Shown: positions 1 through 8,679 of the stretch, piece after piece
How the letters are laid out: each line of letters starts with the position of its first letter
Numbering within the stretch: position 1 is the first letter of the stretch
DNA from: Escherichia coli
GTDB taxonomy: Bacteria; Pseudomonadota; Gammaproteobacteria; Enterobacterales; Enterobacteriaceae
NCBI RefSeq assembly: GCF_003334815.1
Contig: NZ_QOWO01000048.1
DNA length: 25,066 nucleotides
Direction: 5' to 3' (one strand)
Position numbers and translations under genes: made by a program
The notes under the pieces: model-generated
What the model saw: the letters and a program-made list of their open reading frames with translations, nothing else
The model's database searches: none
What the model was told of the DNA's origin: nothing

Positions 1-39
1 AAAAAATCGGCTCAAACATGAAGAAATGAAATGACTGAG

Positions 40-336
40 TCAGCCGAGAAGAATTTCCCCGCTTATTCGCACCTTCCCTAGGCCATTAGCTAACAAAGCA
101 AGATAATTCGCCCTTAACCTTCTAGCATCAGCAAGTGAGATAGCTGGGAAAGCACCTATCCCTATCATTGTTCTTTTTTTTGTAGTTGGTCGTTGATAGC
201 GAAAGCGCCAGAGTTTTTTACCGTTTGTTTTCACTATCAGAAAAAGCCCATCACCATCATGCAGTGTTAGATCCTTATCTAGCGCTTTAGCACGTAGAAC
301 TTCGGTGTTGCTCAGAGGGCGTGTTGTCCGAGCCAC
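40..336 (-). pseudogene. P4-family (phage-type) tyrosine integrase, N-terminal fragment only (98 aa, then in-frame TGA at 40-42)
   Basis: Translation MARTTRPLSNTEVLRAKALDKDLTLHDGDGLFLIVKTNGKKLWRFRYQRP... matches the N-terminal arm-binding domain pattern of P4-like integrases (DGDGL..L.V...G.K.W.FRY). GTG start at 334-336 preceded by AAGGAG (revcomp of 344-349). Integrases of this family are about 400 aa; no catalytic domain continues in any frame through positions 1-39. Lies directly downstream of the ssrA 3' end, the classical island integration site. Confidence 0.6.
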
Positions 337-354
337 TTGGCCGCTCCTTAATGA

Positions 355-408
355 ATTGGTATACGCGTTTAGGTATACATCCTATCGTATACCTAAACGT
401 ATACCAAT
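355..408. repeat. Near-perfect inverted repeat upstream of the integrase fragment; candidate operator or arm-type site
   Basis: Left arm 355-378 attggtatacgcgtttaggtatac and right arm 387-408 gtatacctaaacgtataccaat are reverse complements apart from a 2-nt indel. Inner perfect 13-bp arms at 366-378 and 387-399, 8-bp spacer atcctatc. Contains four GGTATAC motifs. Confidence 0.7.
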
Positions 409-519
409 AATCACTGGATTTAGCGGGATATCCTCGGACAACGGTAGACACAAAAAAGCCCACAGGGCTTGCGCCATGCGGGCTTTCAGGATTTCTCCGG
501 ACGTATCCGGAAGAGCAAG

Positions 520-882
520 TGGTGGAGCTGGCGGGAGTTGAACCCGCGTCCGAAATTCCTACATCCTCGGTACTACATGCTTAGTCAGTCTTTACATTCG
601 CTTGCCAGCTGCGGACGGACACGCCACTAACAAACTAGCCTGATTAAGTTTTAACGCTTCAACCCCAGGCAGGGCTTCCACGCGATCTCTTTTGGGTTTG
701 ACCTCTCTTGATCCCCGTCCTAAGAGCGGAGGCTAGGGAGAGAGGGCTCTAAGCAGGTTATTAAGCTGCTAAAGCGTAGTTTTCGTCGTTTGCGACTATT
801 TTTTGCGGCTTTTTACGAGGCCAACCGCCCCTCGGCATGCACCTTGGGTTTCGCAAATCCCGTCGAATCCAGAATCAGCCCC
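520..882 (-). ncRNA. ssrA: tmRNA (SsrA, 10Sa RNA), 363 nt
   Basis: Reverse complement reads GGGGCTGATTCTGGATTCGACGGG at the 5' end (882 downward) and ...GTTCAACTCCCGCCAGCTCCACCA at the 3' end (to 520), matching E. coli tmRNA. Internal tag reading frame present. Confidence 0.97.
761..793 (-). other. ssrA: tmRNA tag-peptide reading frame encoding ANDENYALAA plus stop
   Basis: Reverse complement of 761-793 is GCAAACGACGAAAACTACGCTTTAGCAGCTTAA = A N D E N Y A L A A stop, the canonical E. coli degradation tag. Confidence 0.9.
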
Positions 883-896
883 AATGTGTAAAGGTA

Positions 897-926
897 AGTA
901 TACCAGATTTATGAGCGCCATGACCA
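897..926 (-). promoter_or_regulatory. ssrA: Putative ssrA promoter (-10 TATACT, weak -35 TGGTCA)
   Basis: Reverse complement of 897-902 is TATACT, about 14 nt upstream of the mature tmRNA 5' end, consistent with a short precursor leader. Candidate -35 TGGTCA is the reverse complement of 921-926 at 18-bp spacing. Inferred from sequence only. Confidence 0.4.
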
Positions 927-1096
927 GCCTCAATGGCGTTATCGTTAAAGATTTAGCACCCATGTAGCCTGATTTTTATTCGATTAAGCAATGGGATGGC
1001 AACATTTGTGTCGGATGTGATAGCCAATAAGATGTTCATTCGCGCCGCCGGAGAGGGAGGCGCGGTGAGGAACTGGTCAATAATTGGAGTGCAGGT

Positions 1097-1579
1097 TTAA
1101 CGGTGGGCGTTTTTCATGATACGTGCTTTATCCACCTGCCATTCGCGCTCTTTGATATCTGAACGTTTATCGTGCTGTTTCTTACCTTTGGCGACGCCGA
1201 TTTTCACTTTGCACCAGGCATTTTTCCAGTACAGGGAGAGCGCCACTACGGTATAGCCTTCTCGATTGACGCGACCGTACAATGAGTCCAGTTCGCGCTG
1301 GTTGAGAAGTAACTTGCGGGTACGGGTAGGATCGCACACCACATGCGTGGAGGCCACGGCCATTGGCGTGATGTTAGCGCCAAACAGAAATGCCTCTCCG
1401 TCACGCAGAAGGACGTAGCTGTCGCTGATATTGGCTTTTCCTGCGCGCAGGGATTTAACTTCCCAGCCTTGCAGGGCAAGTCCCGCTTCGAACTCTTCTT
1501 CGATAAAGTATTCGTGACGGGCGCGCTTGTTAAGCGCGATGGTCGCTGAACCAGGTTTATGTGCTTTTTTCTTCGTCAT
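1097..1579 (-). CDS. smpB: SsrA-binding protein SmpB (160 aa)
   Basis: ORF translation [45 protein letters not shown]... matches SmpB; immediately upstream of ssrA in the same orientation. Confidence 0.97.
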
Positions 1580-1710
1580 AAGCGTCGTGAATCATCGGTA
1601 ATCTGAAATCGAAAACACCCCATATCAATCCTGCGGGGGACAAGGCTCTATCTTAGCATGAACCCGATGTTACCCAGCGCCGGGATAGCGTTTTTTTTAC
1701 AGCAGGATAA

Positions 1711-2187
1711 ATGATATTATTTGTTGGATTTTTGTTGATGGAAATTGTTATGCCTCAGATTAGCCGGACCGCACTGGTACCCTACAGCGCGGAGCAAATG
1801 TATCAGTTAGTGAATGACGTTCAGTCTTATCCTCAGTTTTTGCCGGGTTGTACCGGAAGTCGGATTCTGGAGTCCACTCCTGGGCAGATGACTGCGGCGG
1901 TAGATGTCTCTAAGGCTGGGATCAGCAAAACGTTTACTACCCGCAACCAGTTGACCAGTAACCAAAGTATTCTTATGAATCTGGTGGATGGGCCGTTCAA
2001 GAAATTGATTGGTGGATGGAAGTTTACGCCGCTGAGCCAGGAGGCGTGTCGTATCGAGTTTCATCTCGACTTTGAGTTTACCAATAAGTTGATTGAACTC
2101 GCCTTTGGTCGCGTGTTTAAAGAGCTGGCGGCTAATATGGTCCAGGCTTTTACGGTTCGTGCGAAAGAGGTTTACAGTGCCAGGTAA
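1711..2187 (+). CDS. ratA: SRPBCC/Coq10-like ribosome association protein RatA (PasT/YfjG), 158 aa
   Basis: ORF translation [47 protein letters not shown]... matches E. coli RatA; divergent from smpB as in K-12. Confidence 0.9.
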   Translation: MILFVGFLLMEIVMPQISRTALVPYSAEQMYQLVNDVQSYPQFLPGCTGSRILESTPGQMTAAVDVSKAGISKTFTTRNQLTSNQSILMNLVDGPFKKLIGGWKFTPLSQEACRIEFHLDFEFTNKLIELAFGRVFKELAANMVQAFTVRAKEVYSAR

Positions 2188-2467
2188 AATTGCCGTTGAG
2201 GTGGCTTATGCGCTACCTGAGAAGCAGTACCTGCAGCGAGTGACGCTGCAGGAGGGCGCGACGGTTGAAGAAGCTATTCGCGCCAGTGGCTTGCTGGAAT
2301 TGCGTACCGATATCGATTTAACTAAAAACAAAGTCGGCATTTACAGCCGTCCGGCAAAACTAAGCGATAGTGTGCATGATGGCGATCGGGTGGAGATTTA
2401 TCGCCCTCTCATTGCCGATCCGAAAGAGCTTCGCAGGCAACGAGCAGAAAAATCAGCGAATAAATAA
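2177..2467 (+). CDS. ratB: RatB (YfjF), 96 aa, RnfH/ubiquitin-like fold family
   Basis: GTG start at 2177 gives [27 protein letters not shown]...; overlaps the ratA 3' end by 11 nt. The ORF track's longer 124-aa version starts inside ratA. Confidence 0.85.
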
Positions 2468-2474
2468 CAGACAG

Positions 2475-2503
2475 AAAAAAGGTGCTCATTGAGCACCTTT
2501 TTT
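2475..2503. terminator. Bidirectional intrinsic terminator between convergent ratB and bamE
   Basis: aaaaaa-GGTGCTC-att-GAGCACC-tttttt: 7-bp perfect stem, 3-nt loop, flanked by an A-run and a T-run so it can terminate both strands. Confidence 0.75.
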
Positions 2504-2528
2504 AACGTCTTTGAGAGCAACTTTATTA

Positions 2529-2870
2529 TTAGTTACCACTCAGCGCAGGTTTGTTATCAATATTGGTCAACACACCGCTACTGTTAAAGGTCAGCGTCAG
2601 CGTTTGCTGAGTTACACCTTCATGACCTGGTTGCTGGCGGAAGACATAGAACCAGGTATTCGTACCAAATGGATCGGACATCAGCGGTGTACCCAATGCG
2701 TACGCAACTTGTTGTTGCGTCATGCCAACACGTATTTTGGATACGTCGTTAGCGGTCAGATAGTTCCCCTGGTTGATGTCAGGACGGTAAACCACTCGCT
2801 CCAGAGTGGAACAGCCTGCGGTCAACATCAATAGTACTGCTGCTGCAGCAGTCAGCGTTTTACAGCGCAT
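2529..2870 (-). CDS. bamE: Outer membrane protein assembly factor BamE (SmpA) lipoprotein, 113 aa
   Basis: Translation [38 protein letters not shown]... with lipobox LTAGC; matches BamE. Confidence 0.95.
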
Positions 2871-3018
2871 AGTGATTTGATTCCTTTTCGGGCCCGAGCA
2901 GTACGTGGCTCATCTGTAATATGCCGATGATAATAGACCTTTCATCACTTTAAAACCTTTTGCTTTCCGGTCTTACGGCGTTTTGCTGTTTACTCTGACC
3001 GTGAAGCAGGAAAAAAGT

Positions 3019-4680
3019 TTACGCTGCAAGCAGTTCTTTCGCATTCGCCAGTGTATTACGTGTGACTTCACTGCCACCAAGCAGGCGCGCCAGCTCTTGT
3101 AACCGCGCTTTTTTATTCAGGGATTGCATATGCGTTTCTGTCATCGCACCATCGGTTTCTTTGCTGACAAAATAGTGTTGATGACCACATCCCGCGACTT
3201 GTGGCAGGTGGGTAACACACATCACCTGAGTTGATTCGCCGAGTTGACGCAGCAGTTTGCCGACAACTGCCGCTGTTGGACCGCTAATCCCTACATCCAC
3301 TTCATCAAAAATCAGTGCCGGGGTTTCCATTTTACGCGCCGTGATGACCTGGATTGCCAGTGCGATGCGGGACAATTCACCACCGGATGCGACTTTGGCA
3401 ATAGGCTGCATTGGCTGACCTGGGTTGGTGGTTACCCGAAACTCAATACGATCGGCACCGTCAGCGCCCAGGTGATGCTCGTCAAATTTAACATCGATCG
3501 TAAACTGCCCATGCGGCATTGAGAGCGCATGCATACTGTCGGTGATCAGCTGTGCAAGTTCTTCTGCATATTGCTGGCGTTGTTGGTGTAATGCGCGCGC
3601 GATTTCCAGTGCCTGCTGATGATGTTTCGTTACCGCCAGCGCAAGCGTTTCTTGTGAGTCGGCCTGATCGTCCAGTTGCTGCTGTTCTTCCAGTAGCGAC
3701 TGGTAATACTGTGGCAATGCCTCAGGGCTGACGTGATGTTTACGTGCCAGCGAAATCTGTTTTGAGATGCGCTGTTCAAGTTCAAATAGTCGGTTGGGAT
3801 CGAGATCCAGACGATCGCAGTAGTGGCGCAGTTCATCGCTGGCTTCAGCAATCTGGATGGTAGCTTCTTCCAGCATATCAAGTACGCCGGACAGTTTGCT
3901 GTCCATGCCAATCAATTCGCTCACCAGTTGTTTAGCCGTGTAAAGCTGACTTTGCAGGTTTGCGTCTTCACCGTCGGCCATTAATGCCAATGCATTCTGG
4001 CTGGTGGTCAGCAATTGACCGCTGTTCGCCAGACGTTTGTACTCTTCGTCGATTTGTTCAAACTCTCCGGGCTGCGGATTAAATTCGTTAAGTTCTTTTA
4101 ATTGGTATTGCAGCAGTTCCGCACGGGCGGCGCGTTCCTGACTTAACTGTTGATGATGCGCGAGGTCACGGCAGCTTTGATGCCACAACTGATAACGTGC
4201 GGTCATTTCCTGCAGTAGAGAGGTTTCATTGGCATAGCCATCAAGCAGGAATTTTTGGTGCTCAGGTTTGGTGAGTAATTGATGAGCGTGCTGACCATGG
4301 ATCTGAATCAGCAACTGACCCAGTTCGCGCAGTTGTGACAGAGGAACAGCTGTACCGTTGATGAAACCACGGGAGCGACCATCGCTGCTGATCACGCGAC
4401 GAAGCAAACATTCATGCCCGTCTTCAAGCTGGTTTTCTTCCAGCCAGCGCAGAGCCGCTGGCGTATCTTTCAGAGAAAAACGGGCGCACAGGTCAGCGCG
4501 AGCAGCGCCGGTACGCACCATGTCGGCTTCAGCGCGACCACCGAGACAAAGACCGAGGGCATCTATTGCAATAGATTTACCCGCGCCGGTCTCGCCAGTT
4601 ATTACGGTCATGCCGCTATGAAAATCAATCTCAAGCTCACGAACGATAGCAAAGTTGCTGATGGTCAGTTGTGCCAACAT
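3019..4680 (-). CDS. recN: DNA repair protein RecN (SMC-like ATPase), 553 aa
   Basis: Translation [44 protein letters not shown]... with Walker A GETGAGKS; length and sequence match RecN. Confidence 0.97.
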
Positions 4681-4688
4681 AGTCGTTT

Positions 4689-4748
4689 TCCTGTATGAAA
4701 AACCATTACTGTTATTGTGTACAGTATAAACTGGTTTTATATACAGTA
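4689..4748 (-). promoter_or_regulatory. recN: Three tandem LexA (SOS) boxes in the recN promoter region
   Basis: On the recN strand: TACTGTATATAAAACCAGTT (4729-4748), TACTGTACACAATAACAGTA (4707-4726), TAATGGTTTTTCATACAGGA (4689-4708). Each fits CTG-N10-CAG spacing; immediately upstream of the recN ATG at 4680. Confidence 0.85.
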
Positions 4749-4765
4749 AAGAGGCTGGCGTAAAA

Positions 4766-5644
4766 TTAGAATAATTTTTTTGACCAGCCGAGCTTGGTGC
4801 TTAATGTGTTGAAATAACTGTAATCTTTCGGATGAATCAGATTCAGATGGTAATCACAGCGACGAATCAGGACATCTTCACCTTCCTGAATCGGCAGTGC
4901 TATCTGGCTGTCGCAACTGATTTCCAGGTCGTTACGGCGATGCGAAAAACGCAGACGGATCGTGCTGCTGCTGTTTATGACCAGTGGTCGTGCTGACAAC
5001 GTATGCGGGAACATGGGCACCAGGGTAATCGCATCCAGAGAGGGGGTCAGAATAGGACCGCCTGCAGAGAGGGAATAGGCGGTGGAGCCTGTTGGCGTCG
5101 AAATAATTAGTCCATCAGATCGCTGAGAAAACGCAAAGATCTCGTCGATATACACTTCGAACTCAATCATATGCGCCACTTTGCCTGGATGAAGCACCAC
5201 TTCATTTATCGCGGTGCTGATGCGTTTCTGGCAATCTTGCTGACAGACTTGCGCTTCCAGCAAAAAACGTTTCTCGCTGATGTAGTGGCCTTCCAGCACA
5301 TCGGCTAACTGTTGCTGGGCGTTATCGGGGTCAAGGTCAGTCAGGAAACCCAGGTTGCCACGGTTGATTCCAATAACTTTAATATCGTAACGGGCGAGTG
5401 TGCGTGCCGCGCCCAGCATATTACCGTCGCCACCAACGACTACCGCGAGATCAGCTAGTTGCCCAATCTCCGCGAGCGTGCCAGTTTTCACATTCTTCAG
5501 TTGCAGTTCGTGAGCGATTTGTTGCTCAACGATGACCTCGTAACCTTTTGTGCACAGCCAGCGGTAGAGCATTTCATGTGTTGTCAGTGCAGTGGGGTGC
5601 CGTGGGTGTCCCACAATGCCAATACACTTGAAATGATTATTCAT
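4766..5644 (-). CDS. nadK: NAD kinase NadK (PpnK), 292 aa
   Basis: Translation [42 protein letters not shown]... with the GGDGN motif ([14 protein letters not shown]). Confidence 0.95.
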
Positions 5645-5689
5645 TTTTCCGAGGTCCTTGTTGCGAAGATTGATGACAATGTGAGTGCT

Positions 5690-5722
5690 TCCCTTGAAAC
5701 CCTGAAACTGATCCCCATAATA
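5690..5722 (+). promoter_or_regulatory. grpE: sigma32 (heat-shock) promoter of grpE
   Basis: CCCTTGAAA at 5691-5699 and CCCCATAAT at 5713-5721, 13-bp spacer; matches the sigma32 consensus CTTGAA-N13-15-CCCCATNT; 45 bp upstream of the grpE ATG. Confidence 0.8.
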
Positions 5723-5733
5723 AGCGAAGTTAG

Positions 5734-6360
<627 letters not shown>

Positions 6361-6381
6361 TTTCTGCTTTCGTAATAATTC

Positions 6382-6414
6382 ACGGCCCTGCATGCGAATG
6401 CCGGGCCGTTTTCG
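6382..6414. terminator. Putative intrinsic terminator between convergent grpE and yfjD
   Basis: ACGGCCC (6382-6388) pairs with GGGCCGT (6403-6409) around a 14-nt loop, followed by TTTTCG. The loop is long, so confidence is moderate. Confidence 0.55.
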
Positions 6415-7701
6415 TTACTCCGCCACACTCTCGCGCAGCGGTTTCACAGGAAAAACTTTTACCTGCTTAATCATATTGTCCTGTACGTCGAGAATATCGA
6501 TATCGTACTCGCCAATACGCACGCGGGTGCCTGCGACAGGGATCTCTTCCAGTGCCTCAAGAATGACGCCATTAACCGTGCGGGCATCATCTTCCGGTAG
6601 ATGCCAGTTAAAGGCTTTGTTGATTTCCCGCACGTTGGCGGTGCCATCGATAATCACCGAACCGTCGTTTTGCGGCGTGACCTCTTCGGCAAGTGTTGGC
6701 GACATCGACGTAGTGAAATCGCCGACAATCTCTTCCAGAATATCTTCAACCGTCACCAGCCCCTGAATGTCTCCATACTCGTTGACGACCAGGCCGACTT
6801 TCTTTTTGTTGCGCTGAAACTTTACCAACTGCGTGCTGAGCGGCGTACCTTCCGGCACAAAATAGATCTCGTCCGCGGCGCGCAGCATGGTTTCTTTGGT
6901 GAACTCTTTTTTCTCCGACATCAACCGCCAGGCTTCACGTACTCGCAGCATACTGATGGCGTCGTCCAGCGAATCACGGTAGAGCACGATGCGCCCGTGA
7001 GGTGAGTGGGAGAGTTGGCGCAGAATCGATTTCCAGTCATCGTTGATATCAATACCGATAATTTCACTGCGCGGCACCATGATGTCATCAACGGTCATTT
7101 TTTCCAGATCGAGCACCGACAGCAGCATATCCTGATTGCGACGGGAAATTTGTGAGCGTGATTCGTGCACGATAGTGCGCAACTCTTCTTTGCTCAAAGA
7201 GCCGCTAACCACGATATCGGTTTTGATACCCATCATGCGCATCAGCATACGGGTGATAGCATTCAGCAACCAGACCAGCGGCATCATCAAAATTTGCAGC
7301 GGAGCCAGCAGAAAACTACTCGGATAAGCGACTTTTTCCGGGTACAGCGCGGCAATGGTTTTCGGCAATACCTCAGCAAATACCAGTACGACAAAAGTCA
7401 GCACACCAGTCGCAATTGCCACGCCCGCATCGCCGTACAAACGCATCCCAACAATAGTGCCGAGCGCGGAGGCAAGAATATTGACCAGGTTATTGCCGAT
7501 TAACACCAGGCTTATCAGGCGGTCTGGCTTACGCAGCAATTTTTCGACGCGTTTGGCCGAGCGATTACCCTGTTTCGCCATATGTCGCAGACGATAGCGG
7601 TTGAGGGTCATCATTCCGGTTTCGGACCCGGAAAAATAGGCTGAAATGACCACCATGATGATCAGAATAATGATCAACGTAGTAGTAGAAATGTGTTCCA
7701 G
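6415..7701 (-). CDS. yfjD: CNNM/CorC-family inner membrane protein YfjD (DUF21-CBS-CorC domains), about 428 aa
   Basis: Translation ...LIIILIIMVVISAYFSGSETGMMTLNRYRLRHMAKQG... The ORF track starts at a TTG (7677, 420 aa). An AAGGAG Shine-Dalgarno sits 6 nt upstream of an in-frame CTG at 7699-7701, which would give the 428-aa length I recall for K-12. Start codon uncertain. Confidence 0.85.
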   Translation of the reverse strand: MEHISTTTLIIILIIMVVISAYFSGSETGMMTLNRYRLRHMAKQGNRSAKRVEKLLRKPDRLISLVLIGNNLVNILASALGTIVGMRLYGDAGVAIATGVLTFVVLVFAEVLPKTIAALYPEKVAYPSSFLLAPLQILMMPLVWLLNAITRMLMRMMGIKTDIVVSGSLSKEELRTIVHESRSQISRRNQDMLLSVLDLEKMTVDDIMVPRSEIIGIDINDDWKSILRQLSHSPHGRIVLYRDSLDDAISMLRVREAWRLMSEKKEFTKETMLRAADEIYFVPEGTPLSTQLVKFQRNKKKVGLVVNEYGDIQGLVTVEDILEEIVGDFTTSMSPTLAEEVTPQNDGSVIIDGTANVREINKAFNWHLPEDDARTVNGVILEALEEIPVAGTRVRIGEYDIDILDVQDNMIKQVKVFPVKPLRESVAE

Positions 7702-7721
7702 GGGAAACTCCTTTTCTGGGT

Positions 7722-8513
7722 TTAGCTGATTAACTGCTGGACAATTCGGCTGCCGAAGTAGGCCAGTGTCAGAATTACCGCGCCCGCAACGTTAAACCAG
7801 ACGACGCGGCGTCCACGCCATCCTTCATGATAATGTCCCCACAGCAGCACAATATAGACAAACCACGCCACGATAGAGAGCACAGCCTTGTCGATATTTT
7901 CCATGCTAAATAAGTTGTGCATGTAGAACAGGCCAGTGCAAAGCGTGAGCGTTAGCAGCACCACGCCAATCTGCGTGATGTGGAACATTTTACGCTCGAT
8001 ACTCATCAATGGCGGCATTTCCTGGTTAAACGCCAGCTTCTTGTTCTTCAGTTGGTAATCAATCCACGCCAGTTGCAGCGCGTACAGGGCGGCGATAATT
8101 AGCGTGGCATAGGAAAAGAGCGATAAGCCAATGTGCACCAGCATCCCAGGCGTAGCTTCCAGATGGGTGATGTATTCATTGGGCATGAAGGTTGCCAGCG
8201 CCAGGTTGATAAGCGCAAAGGCATAGACAATGGGTAGCAGCAGCCAGCCACGATTGCGAGAAGCCACAATGGTCATTACCGTACAGATCATCAAACTGAC
8301 CAATGAACCAACGTTCAGCAGGCTGAGGTTTTGTCCGCTATCACCGTCGGGCAGGATGCGGGCTTCCAGAGCGATTGCGTGGCAGACCAGCGCAATGACC
8401 GCAGAAATAATAGCCATGCGCCGCCAGCCGCCGTTTTTTTGCAGCAGACCGGGAACAATCAGCGCAAGACTGACGGAGTAGGCGACAAGCGCGAGCAGAG
8501 CAAAAACGGGCAT
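7722..8513 (-). CDS. ypjD: Inner membrane protein YpjD (CcsA/cytochrome c assembly-like family), 263 aa
   Basis: From the internal ATG at 8511-8513: MPVFALLALVAYSVSLALIVPGLLQKNGGWRRMAIISAVIALV...; multiple hydrophobic segments. The ORF track's 288-aa version extends 25 codons upstream. Confidence 0.85.
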   Translation of the reverse strand: MPVFALLALVAYSVSLALIVPGLLQKNGGWRRMAIISAVIALVCHAIALEARILPDGDSGQNLSLLNVGSLVSLMICTVMTIVASRNRGWLLLPIVYAFALINLALATFMPNEYITHLEATPGMLVHIGLSLFSYATLIIAALYALQLAWIDYQLKNKKLAFNQEMPPLMSIERKMFHITQIGVVLLTLTLCTGLFYMHNLFSMENIDKAVLSIVAWFVYIVLLWGHYHEGWRGRRVVWFNVAGAVILTLAYFGSRIVQQLIS

Positions 8514-8679
8514 AGTGATGTCGACAGTTTGAGCAATAAGAAAGAGAAGCAGTATAGCGTCAGGTGAACGCTGCTCCAACCGTTGCATAACAACAAAGAC
8601 GCCTTCATGTTATACTGCGGCAAAATACTGATGATGTGTCGCGATTGCGGCCAACCGTTTCCACCCCAGGCGAGAGACA

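Noticed and set aside
1-39. AT-rich first 39 bp as a possible continuation of the integrase in another frame, or a small plus-strand ORF (ATG at 19).
   Set aside because: No minus-strand frame continues with integrase-like sequence, and the plus-strand ATG at 19 hits a stop after three codons; too little sequence to interpret.
305-541. 78-aa plus-strand ORF spanning the integrase start, the inverted repeat and the ssrA 3' end.
   Set aside because: It overlaps the tmRNA gene and the integrase start on the opposite strand, has a Gly/Ser/Arg-rich low-complexity product and no ribosome-binding site; likely a chance ORF.
4752-4790. Inverted repeat GGCTGG...CCAGCC near the nadK stop, considered as a nadK terminator.
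   Set aside because: One arm lies inside the nadK coding sequence, the loop is about 24 nt and there is no T-run; not a convincing intrinsic terminator.
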